A DNA stretch of 26,899 bases, taken from the IMG/VR virus record IMGVR_UViG_3300039180_000843, positions 1 to 26,899 of that record, one strand, 5' to 3'. Made by a program: the position numbers and the translations under genes. Below the pieces are notes generated by a model. It worked only from the letters and a program-made list of their open reading frames with translations, searched no databases and was not told the origin of the DNA. Shown piece after piece: positions 1-7,549 of this stretch. The first letter of the stretch is position 1; each line of letters starts with the position of its first letter. The DNA is from a virus (taxonomy: Duplodnaviria; Caudoviricetes).

Positions 1-2
1 GA

Positions 3-1673
3 GAAATAAAAACAGTTCCAATTACAGAATTAATAAAAATTGACCCTGATTTAACTAACGAAGATTTAGAAGAGATTTCTAAATATAGTCAGTCTTGGTA
101 TGACTACTACAATTCTCAGCAATTTTATGAGAATAGTATGTTCAGTAGGGATACCGCTACATTATTATATTTTAATTATAAGACTACACATACTTTTGTT
201 TATAAAAAGAAAAGCATGCCAGACGGTACATTTAAAACTGTTGAGAAGGATGATCAATTTAATCCACCTCAAGAAATGATGGACGAAGGTGGGTTTGAAA
301 AAATTACTAAGACTATTGATGTGTGGTATGATGGTATTATGGTAATGGGAACTAATATTATGCTTCAATGGAAACTTGGAGAAAATATGGTTAGACCAAA
401 ATCAGCCAGTCAATATGCTATGCCTAACTATGTTGCTTGTGCGCCAAAAATGTACAAAGGAAATTTAGAGTCTTTAGTTAAGAGAATGATACCCTTTGCT
501 GATTTAATTCAAATTAGTCATTTAAAAATACAACAAGTAGTTTCAAGGGTAGTTCCAGACGGTGTGTTTATTGATGCTGATGGGTTGAATGAAGTTGATT
601 TAGGAACTGGTAACGCATATAACCCTGAAGATGCATTGCGTTTGTATTTTCAAACAGGTAGTGTTATTGGGAGAAGCTACACACAAGATGGCGAATATAA
701 TAATGCAAGAGTTCCAATTACTCAGTTAACTGCAAATAGTGGTGCAAGTAAAATGCAAATGCTTATCGGAAACTATAATCATTACATGGATATGATTAGG
801 TCTGTAACTGGATTAAATGAAGCTCGTGATGGATCAAGTCCTGATCCTAATTCATTAGTTGGTGTACAAAAGTTAGCAGCATTAAATTCTAATGTAGCTA
901 CAAGACATATTTTAAATGCAAGTTTATATATTACAAAAACTTTAGCAGAATGTTTATCTATTAGAACAGCAGATGTTTTAGAGTTTGCTGATTTTAAAGA
1001 TGAGTTTGCAATGCAAATAGGTAAATACAATTTAAGTATTATAGAAGATATTAAAAATTTATATCTTTATGACTTTGGTGTATTTATAGAGTTAATGCCA
1101 GATGAAGAAGAAAAAGCTATGTTAGAACAAAACATTCAAATGGCTTTATCTAAATCAGATATTAATCTTGAAGATGCTATTGATATTAGGGAGATTGCTA
1201 ATTTAAAAATGGCTAATCAATTACTTAAAGTAAAAAGAAAAGCCAAGCAATTAGCTGAACAACAAGCACAAGCACAGCAACAACAAATGCAAGCTCAAAT
1301 GCAAATGCAAGCGCAACAAGCTGCTGCGCAAATGGCTATGCAGACTAATGAAGCTGAGACTCAATCTAAGATTGCTGTTAAGGAAGCAGAGGTTGCTTTT
1401 GATATTCAAAAATTACAAAGAGAAGCTGAATTAAAACAACAGTTAATGCAAGTGGAATTCCAAATGCAAATGCAGTTAAAAGGTTTAGAAAGCGAAAACT
1501 TAAAGAGCAGAGAAAATGAAAGAGAAACTGCGAAAGATAAAAGAATTAGTCAACAGTCAACACAAACTTCTAAAATGATTGAACAGAAGAAAAGAGATTT
1601 ACCAGCTATAAACTTTGAGTCTAACGAGGATAGTTTAGATGGTTTTGATTTGGCTGAATTTAACCCAAGATAA
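3..1673 (+). CDS. Portal protein, 5'-truncated by window edge
   Basis: Frame is open from nt 3 (EIKTVPITELIKIDPDL...), so ATG 138 is internal. Segments such as VTGLNEARDGSSPD and a long Q/A/M-rich C-terminal coiled coil resemble P22/crAss-like portals; lies upstream of scaffold and capsid genes. Confidence 0.85.
   Translation, partial: EIKTVPITELIKIDPDLTNEDLEEISKYSQSWYDYYNSQQFYENSMFSRDTATLLYFNYKTTHTFVYKKKSMPDGTFKTVEKDDQFNPPQEMMDEGGFEKITKTIDVWYDGIMVMGTNIMLQWKLGENMVRPKSASQYAMPNYVACAPKMYKGNLESLVKRMIPFADLIQISHLKIQQVVSRVVPDGVFIDADGLNEVDLGTGNAYNPEDALRLYFQTGSVIGRSYTQDGEYNNARVPITQLTANSGASKMQMLIGNYNHYMDMIRSVTGLNEARDGSSPDPNSLVGVQKLAALNSNVATRHILNASLYITKTLAECLSIRTADVLEFADFKDEFAMQIGKYNLSIIEDIKNLYLYDFGVFIELMPDEEEKAMLEQNIQMALSKSDINLEDAIDIREIANLKMANQLLKVKRKAKQLAEQQAQAQQQQMQAQMQMQAQQAAAQMAMQTNEAETQSKIAVKEAEVAFDIQKLQREAELKQQLMQVEFQMQMQLKGLESENLKSRENERETAKDKRISQQSTQTSKMIEQKKRDLPAINFESNEDSLDGFDLAEFNPR
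1250..1345 (+). repeat. Low-complexity CAA/GCA/ATG tract encoding QLAEQQAQAQQQQMQAQMQMQAQQAAAQMAMQ
   Basis: Directly visible; coiled-coil region of the portal C-terminus. Confidence 0.7.
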
Positions 1674-1702
1674 ATAGTCTAAAATTATAATTAAATTAGT
1701 AT

Positions 1703-1710
1703 TAACTTTG
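1703..1710 (+). promoter_or_regulatory. Bacteroidota-type -7 promoter element TAACTTTG for the scaffold-capsid unit
   Basis: Matches TAnnTTTG; intergenic, 16 nt before ATG 1727, the same spacing as the copies at 5630 and 14492. Confidence 0.65.
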
Positions 1711-1726
1711 TTAAAAATAAAATCAA

Positions 1727-2875
1727 ATGGAATTTACAGTAAAAGCAGTTGACGGAAATGTCGAAGAAAAATCAAGAGCGCAAGTTGAAGAAACTTTGTT
1801 AAAAGAACACGAAGAACAATTTGAGCAAAAAAAAGTAGAAGACGACTCTATTGAAAAAATAGATTTTAGTAATAAAGAAAATTCAACTACCGAAGAAACA
1901 TCGGTTGATGAAACTAAGAATGAAGAAACATCTTTACCAGAATTAAGTGATGATGATGTTATTTCATATATAAAGAAAAGATACAATAAAGATATCAATT
2001 CTGTTGATGAATTATTTGCGGAAAAAGAGGCAAATTCTGAGTTACCAGAAGACGTATCTGCGTATTTAAAGTACAAGCAGGAAACTGGGCGTGGTATTAA
2101 TGACTTTTATAATTTACAAAAAGACATTGATGACATGGACGATAATGCTGTACTTGCTAATTATTATGAGTCGACTGAAGAAGGTTTAGACTCGGATGAT
2201 ATTCAGGACATTATTGAAGATAAGTTTTCCTATGATGAAGATTTAGATGATGAAAAAGATATTAGAAAAATAAAGTTAGCAAAAAAACGAGAACTTTCTA
2301 AGGCAAAGAAGTTTCTTAATGAACAGAAAGATAAGTATAAAATTCCTCTTGAGTCAAGTGGGGGTGGATTATCAGAAGATCAGCAAGAAAATATTAATGC
2401 TTATAAAAAGTACATGGAGGAATCCGAAAGTGTTGCGGAGGTAAACAGTAAAAGGTATAATTATTTCTTAGATAAAACCGAGTCGGTTTTTAACAACGAA
2501 TTCAAAGGTTTTGAGTTTTCAGTTGGTGATAAAAATATTTCTTTTAAACCAGGTGATGCACAAGAACTTAAAAACGTTCAATCTGACGTTAACAATTTCG
2601 TTAACAAATTTATGGACAAAGAGGGTTTGATTGTTGATCCAGTCGGATATCATAAAGCCTTATCGGTTGCTATGAATCCTGATAAGTTTGCAAAACACTT
2701 TTACGAACAAGGGGTTGCTGCAACTGTAGATAATGTTTCGAGAAAATCAAAAAACATTAATATGGATGTTAGACAACAATCTCAATCGGTTTCTAAAAAC
2801 GGAATTACGATTAGACCTATGGGTTCAAGTAGCGACAGTGGAAGAGGACTCAAAATTAGAAGTAGAAAAAAATAA
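1727..2875 (+). CDS. Acidic capsid scaffolding/assembly protein (putative)
   Basis: 382 aa, very D/E-rich N-half, helical C-half, basic C-terminal tip (GLKIRSRKK); sits between portal and major capsid gene. Confidence 0.7.
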   Translation: MEFTVKAVDGNVEEKSRAQVEETLLKEHEEQFEQKKVEDDSIEKIDFSNKENSTTEETSVDETKNEETSLPELSDDDVISYIKKRYNKDINSVDELFAEKEANSELPEDVSAYLKYKQETGRGINDFYNLQKDIDDMDDNAVLANYYESTEEGLDSDDIQDIIEDKFSYDEDLDDEKDIRKIKLAKKRELSKAKKFLNEQKDKYKIPLESSGGGLSEDQQENINAYKKYMEESESVAEVNSKRYNYFLDKTESVFNNEFKGFEFSVGDKNISFKPGDAQELKNVQSDVNNFVNKFMDKEGLIVDPVGYHKALSVAMNPDKFAKHFYEQGVAATVDNVSRKSKNINMDVRQQSQSVSKNGITIRPMGSSSDSGRGLKIRSRKK

Positions 2876-2901
2876 TTAATTTTAAAAAAAAACAACAAAT
2901 T

Positions 2902-4362
2902 ATGGCAGTAAATGTAGCCCCAGGATTTGACTTGCAGCCAAGTGCGCAGCAAACTCCTTTATCAACAAACTACATAACTAACTTTGATTTCTTGAATCAG
3001 TATCTTCCAGATACTTATGAAAAGGAATTTGAGCGTTATGGAAACAGATCAGTAGCATCATTCTTAAGAATGGTAGGCGCTGAAATGCCTTCAACGTCTG
3101 ACCTTATCAAATGGGCAGAACAAGGAAGATTACACACTAAATATCAAGCATGTACATCAGCAGGTGCTGCTGGAGTTGACAATGCTGTTTGGACAATTCC
3201 AAACAATATTGCAAACTTTAACCCAGCTTTAGCAGGAACATCAAGTCAAGCAGCTTTAAGAGCAGGACAGACTGTAATGGTATCTGATAATACACCAGGT
3301 TCAACTTTACAGAACAAGGGTATTATATCAGTAGCTCCAACAGCAGGTGCGCCAAACGTAGTAACAATTGCATACTATGAAGGTGGTGGTCAATCAATGG
3401 CAGCAGCAACTTCATGTGACATTTTTGTATACGGTTCTGAATTTGCAAAAGGTGTGAACGGAATGCAAGGGTCTTTAGAATCTGATGATTTTATTTTCTC
3501 AAACAAACCAATCATTATCAAAGACAAGTATTCTGTTTCTGGTTCTGACATGGCTCAAATTGGATGGATTGAAGTTACATCTGAAAATGGCGCTTCTGGA
3601 TACTTATGGTATTTAAAATCTGAACATGATACAAGATTACGTTTTGAAGATTACTTAGAAACAGCAATGATCGAAGCAGTACCAGCAGCAGCAGCATCTG
3701 GTGCAGGAGACTACTTACAAGGTACAGCGGCAGGAGCTTCTGTAGCAGGAGAGTCTGGATCTGAAGGGATTTTCTTTGTAGTAGGAAATAGAGGTAATGT
3801 ATTCGGTGGTGGAAACCCACAGACTTTAGCTCAATTTGATAACATTATTCAAAGACTTGACAAGCAAGGTTCTATTGAAGAAAATGTTATTTTTGTAGAC
3901 AGACAATTCTCATTTGATATTGACGATATGTTAGCAACACAAAACTCTTATGGAGCAGGTGGTACTTCTTATGGTTTATTTGATAATGATAAAGACATGG
4001 CTCTTAATTTAGGTTTCACAGGATTCCGTAGAGGTTATGACTTCTACAAGTCTGACTGGAAATACTTAAACGATCCTACTATGAGAGGTGGTCTTAATGC
4101 AGGTAAAGTCAATGGGCTTTTAGTTCCAGCTGGTTCTACAACTGTATATGATCAAGTCTTAGGTAAGAACGCTAAGAGACCATTCTTACATGTTCGTTAC
4201 AGAGCTTCAGAAACTGAAGACAGACGTTACAAGTCTTGGATTACTGGTTCTGCTGGTGGTGCAAGAACAAGTGACTTAGATGCAATGGAAGTGAACTTCT
4301 TGAGTGAGAGAGCTGTATGTACTTTAGGTGCAAACAACTTCTTCTTATTCCAAGATGCATAG
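2902..4362 (+). CDS. Major capsid protein (HK97 fold inferred, crAss-like size)
   Basis: 486 aa; IKWAEQGRLH motif early; codons typical of high expression (TTC, AAC, TAC, CGT); double stop TAG TAA followed by a strong hairpin; position after portal and scaffold. Confidence 0.85.
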   Translation: MAVNVAPGFDLQPSAQQTPLSTNYITNFDFLNQYLPDTYEKEFERYGNRSVASFLRMVGAEMPSTSDLIKWAEQGRLHTKYQACTSAGAAGVDNAVWTIPNNIANFNPALAGTSSQAALRAGQTVMVSDNTPGSTLQNKGIISVAPTAGAPNVVTIAYYEGGGQSMAAATSCDIFVYGSEFAKGVNGMQGSLESDDFIFSNKPIIIKDKYSVSGSDMAQIGWIEVTSENGASGYLWYLKSEHDTRLRFEDYLETAMIEAVPAAAASGAGDYLQGTAAGASVAGESGSEGIFFVVGNRGNVFGGGNPQTLAQFDNIIQRLDKQGSIEENVIFVDRQFSFDIDDMLATQNSYGAGGTSYGLFDNDKDMALNLGFTGFRRGYDFYKSDWKYLNDPTMRGGLNAGKVNGLLVPAGSTTVYDQVLGKNAKRPFLHVRYRASETEDRRYKSWITGSAGGARTSDLDAMEVNFLSERAVCTLGANNFFLFQDA

Positions 4363-4378
4363 TAAATAGTAGTAATAT

Positions 4379-4414
4379 TTACCCTCGTTATAATGACGAG
4401 GGTAATTATTTTTT
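4379..4414 (+). terminator. Intrinsic terminator after major capsid gene
   Basis: Stem TTACCCTCGTTA / TGACGAGGGTAA with loop TAA, followed by TTATTTTTT. Confidence 0.85.
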
Positions 4415-4439
4415 ATAAATCAAATTAAATTATATTATA

Positions 4440-5195
4440 ATGGCAACAAAAAAAGTAGAGTACAAAGCAAAATCCTATCGCTTAAAAGGAGGTCAATCTC
4501 CTTTATCATACATGTTATCATCTCGACATTCATCGAGATCACCTTTATTACATTTTAACGAAGAAACAGGAGTTAATGAACCATTACGCTATGCGCGTAA
4601 TCAAAAGTCACCTTTTGAAAATGAACAAGATGGTAATGCTATATTAGAGCCAATTGTTTTTGAAGATGGTATGTTAACTGTTAGTAAAGAAAATCAAGTA
4701 TTACAAAAATTTTTAAGTTTACATCCAAGTAACGGATTTGTATTTGAGGAAATAAACAAAGAACGTGATGCTGCGGCTGAATTAGAACAAGTTGAATTTG
4801 AGTTAGAGGCTCAAATAGAAGCTAAAAAAATCACTAAAGACACTTCTAAATTAACACAAATATGTAGAGTGTTAATGGGTAATGCTGTAGAAAACATGAC
4901 AACAGCGGAGTTAAAAAGAGATATATTAGTTTATGCTAAAAACAATCCAGAAGATTTCTTAGACACTCTTAATGATCCAATGTTAGAGCTTATGGATGAT
5001 GTGTATCAGTTTTTTAACTTATCACTTTTATCTGCAAGAAACAATGGAAAAGATGTTTATTACAATCTTCCAAATAACAAAAAGAAAATGCTTACTATTC
5101 CTTTTGGAGAAGACCCTAATTTTATAGTTGCTTCATTTATGAAAAGCGATGAGGGTTTAGAGGTTTATAAACTTCTTAAGAATAAAATAAAGTAA
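4440..5195 (+). CDS. Head-module protein of unknown function (post-capsid gene)
   Basis: 251-aa ORF with normal codon usage directly after the capsid gene, where crAss-like phages carry a conserved gene. Confidence 0.6.
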   Translation: MATKKVEYKAKSYRLKGGQSPLSYMLSSRHSSRSPLLHFNEETGVNEPLRYARNQKSPFENEQDGNAILEPIVFEDGMLTVSKENQVLQKFLSLHPSNGFVFEEINKERDAAAELEQVEFELEAQIEAKKITKDTSKLTQICRVLMGNAVENMTTAELKRDILVYAKNNPEDFLDTLNDPMLELMDDVYQFFNLSLLSARNNGKDVYYNLPNNKKKMLTIPFGEDPNFIVASFMKSDEGLEVYKLLKNKIK

Positions 5196-5218
5196 AACCA
5201 ATAACTAACTGGAAAATT

Positions 5219-5247
5219 AGCTACCTTAAAAGGGTGGCTTTTTTTTT
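5219..5247 (+). terminator. Intrinsic terminator
   Basis: Stem AGCTACCTT / AGGGTGGCT (two G-U pairs), then a T9 run. Confidence 0.8.
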
Positions 5248-5258
5248 GTTATCTTTGT
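5244..5258 (+). promoter_or_regulatory. Promoter motif TTTTGTTATCTTTGT (-7 element TATCTTTG at 5250-5257)
   Basis: Matches TAnnTTTG; the 15-mer recurs at 5624 (1 mismatch) and 14486 (identical), always intergenic. Confidence 0.8.
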
Positions 5259-5290
5259 ACTTTATTAACCCATTAAAACCTTTTTATAAA

Positions 5291-5569
5291 ATGGCAAAAT
5301 TTCTTAAAATCACAAATGCTCCTATTACTGGTCAATTGATTAGTATTGATGGAGTAAAAGCGGTTGCTACAGCAACAGCTACGGCAGTAACAGTTACAAT
5401 CGATTATGTTGATGGAACTACTACTACAATTACAACAGCAGCTCAAGTAGCTCATGATGTGTACACTTCTATATTAGATAATATGGAAGTAGCATTAGCT
5501 ACATCTTGGCAGAATCCTTATTATGAGGTAAGTCTTCCAAAAGCTGTAACAAGTATTGTTAATGCATAA
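5291..5569 (+). CDS. Small Thr/Ala/Val-rich protein (92 aa), possibly a virion decoration protein
   Basis: The listed start at 5234 lies inside the terminator and upstream of the promoter; ATG 5291 (ataaaATG GCA AAA) has a good context. Function is a guess from composition and position. Confidence 0.65.
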   Translation: MAKFLKITNAPITGQLISIDGVKAVATATATAVTVTIDYVDGTTTTITTAAQVAHDVYTSILDNMEVALATSWQNPYYEVSLPKAVTSIVNA

Positions 5570-5592
5570 CAGCATTAATTAAACAATTAAAG

Positions 5593-5627
5593 AGAGGTTC
5601 TAAAAAAAATAGGGCCTCTTTTTTTTT
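5593..5627 (+). terminator. Intrinsic terminator
   Basis: Stem AGAGGTTCTA / TAGGGCCTCT with A7 loop, then T run. Confidence 0.8.
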
Positions 5628-5638
5628 GCTATCTTTGT
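5624..5638 (+). promoter_or_regulatory. Promoter motif TTTTGCTATCTTTGT (-7 element 5630-5637) for the tail unit
   Basis: TAnnTTTG ending 15 nt before ATG 5653; repeated motif. Confidence 0.8.
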
Positions 5639-5652
5639 AAAAAGAATTAATT

Positions 5653-6624
5653 ATGCCAATAAACGAAGTACGAAATACGGTATTAGCAATAGCGAACAAA
5701 AACAACTACGGATATATTTCACCACAAGACTTTAATCTTTATTGTGCGCAAGCTCAAATGGATATGTTTGAGGATTATTTTTACCAGTACAACAATCAGT
5801 TACTTAAAGAAAACCAAAGAGCATCTGGTACAGGATATGCTGATATTACAAAAGGATTAATAGAGGTTATTGATAGTTTTTCAGCAACCCAAACTTTAAT
5901 ATCTCCTGGTATAAATTTATTTAATTTACCTTCTAATTATTATTTAATTAATAAAATTAATTATTACCCTACGGTAAGTACATCAGGAACAACAACAGCA
6001 GCAGGTGCGTTAACTTTAACGGACGCTACAGCTACTTTTACAAGTACGGTGACAGCAGGTCAACTTGTTTCATCTACGTCAACGACAAGCACTACAGCAG
6101 GCCAGACAGCTTATGTTGTTAGTGTTGATAGCAATACTCAATTAACTTTGTCTCAAAGTATATTTGGAACTGCACAAACAATTGGAAATAGTTACACAAT
6201 TGTAGCTAACACTGGTATTGTAGAAGTGGAGAGAGTCAATCAAGATAAAATATTTTATTTAAATTCTTCACCTCTTACATCTCCGTCCGCAGGATATCCT
6301 GCATACGTTTTAGGTGGTGCTACTACTACAGAATCAGGAAACACAATAAGTGTTTATCCAACTACATTAACAACACCAGGAACAATAATGTCTCAGTATG
6401 TTAGGTATCCTAATCCACCAAACTGGACTTATGCTACTTTATTAGCTGGAGAGCCTTTATTTGATCCTACGGCTGATGACTACCAAGACTTTGAATTACC
6501 ATTATCTGATGAGCCTACTTTGATAGCAAAAATATGTCAGTATGTAGGTATTGAAATAAGAGAGGCTGATGTTTATAATTTTGGTACTCAAGAGTTACAA
6601 CAAGAACAACAAACACAAGGATAG
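5653..6624 (+). CDS. Head-tail adaptor / ring protein with Thr-rich inserted domain
   Basis: 323 aa; helical N-terminus (NKNNYGYISPQDFNLYCAQAQMDMF), YVRYP and ELP motifs near the end, as in crAss-like ring proteins; gene order. Confidence 0.65.
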   Translation: MPINEVRNTVLAIANKNNYGYISPQDFNLYCAQAQMDMFEDYFYQYNNQLLKENQRASGTGYADITKGLIEVIDSFSATQTLISPGINLFNLPSNYYLINKINYYPTVSTSGTTTAAGALTLTDATATFTSTVTAGQLVSSTSTTSTTAGQTAYVVSVDSNTQLTLSQSIFGTAQTIGNSYTIVANTGIVEVERVNQDKIFYLNSSPLTSPSAGYPAYVLGGATTTESGNTISVYPTTLTTPGTIMSQYVRYPNPPNWTYATLLAGEPLFDPTADDYQDFELPLSDEPTLIAKICQYVGIEIREADVYNFGTQELQQEQQTQG

Positions 6625-7548
6625 ATGGCATATATAAACGACTACGCATATTACGCAAATTCAGGAACAGCGCCAACGAACGCTAATTGGGGTTCGTATC
6701 AGTATGTTTCATTGGCAGATATAGTTAACAATTTTATGTTAATGTATCAAGGAAACCACGAATTGATAAACAACATTGAAAGATATCAAATATTATTTCA
6801 CGCAAAGAGAGGCGTTCAGGAATTAAATTATGATGCAATGAAGGAAATAAAAATTCTTCAATTAGACATCACTCAGCAATTAAGATTTGTATTGCCTCAA
6901 GATTATGTAAATTGGGTTAGAATTTCTCAATTTAGAAACGGAGGTTTACATCCTTTATCTGAAAATATTCAAACAAATTGGTCTTCTGCTTATTTGCAAG
7001 ACAATAGTTCTAATATTTTATTTGATCAAAACGGAAATGTTTTAAGACCACAAGATTCAGAAGTAGATTTAGCAAGAATTTTACGAGGTAATAAAAGTAT
7101 ATATTTAAATCAAAGTAGTGCATATAACGGATCTGAAGGATATTGCTGTGATGGTAATTGGTATTTTGATTATGCTATAGGCGCACGATTTGGTTTAAAT
7201 ACTGAAACCGCAAACTCAAACCCTACGTTTACTATAGACAAACAATCTGGTGTAATTAATTTTAGTAACATATCAGGTGCTGCCTCTATTGTTTTAGAGT
7301 ATGTGTCAGACGGTATGAAAAATGGTGTTGACACTGAGGTGCAAGTAAATAAATTATTTGAAGAATATATTTATGCTTATATTAAATATTCTATTTTAAA
7401 TGGTAGATTAGGTGTGCAAGAGTATGTTGTAAATAGAGCAAGAAAAGATAAATCTTCTCTACTACGAAATGCAAAAATAAGACTAAGTAATATACATCCT
7501 GGAAGACTTCTAATGAATTTAAGAGGCCAGAATAAAATTATAAAATAA
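6625..7548 (+). CDS. Tail tubular / ring protein (gatekeeper-like)
   Basis: 307 aa; LPQDYVNWVRI motif, helical ends around a beta core; immediately before the muzzle gene. Confidence 0.65.
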   Translation: MAYINDYAYYANSGTAPTNANWGSYQYVSLADIVNNFMLMYQGNHELINNIERYQILFHAKRGVQELNYDAMKEIKILQLDITQQLRFVLPQDYVNWVRISQFRNGGLHPLSENIQTNWSSAYLQDNSSNILFDQNGNVLRPQDSEVDLARILRGNKSIYLNQSSAYNGSEGYCCDGNWYFDYAIGARFGLNTETANSNPTFTIDKQSGVINFSNISGAASIVLEYVSDGMKNGVDTEVQVNKLFEEYIYAYIKYSILNGRLGVQEYVVNRARKDKSSLLRNAKIRLSNIHPGRLLMNLRGQNKIIK

Positions 7549-7549
7549 T

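Noticed and set aside
138-140. ATG 138 as portal start
   Set aside because: The frame is open back to the window edge; the gene starts upstream.
2683-2690. Intragenic TAAGTTTG as a capsid-gene promoter
   Set aside because: Lacks the extended motif; bare TAnnTTTG matches are expected by chance in AT-rich coding DNA.
5234-5290. Extended N-terminus MAFFLLSLYF... resembling a signal peptide
   Set aside because: It is the translated terminator T tract and promoter; ATG 5291 is the better start.
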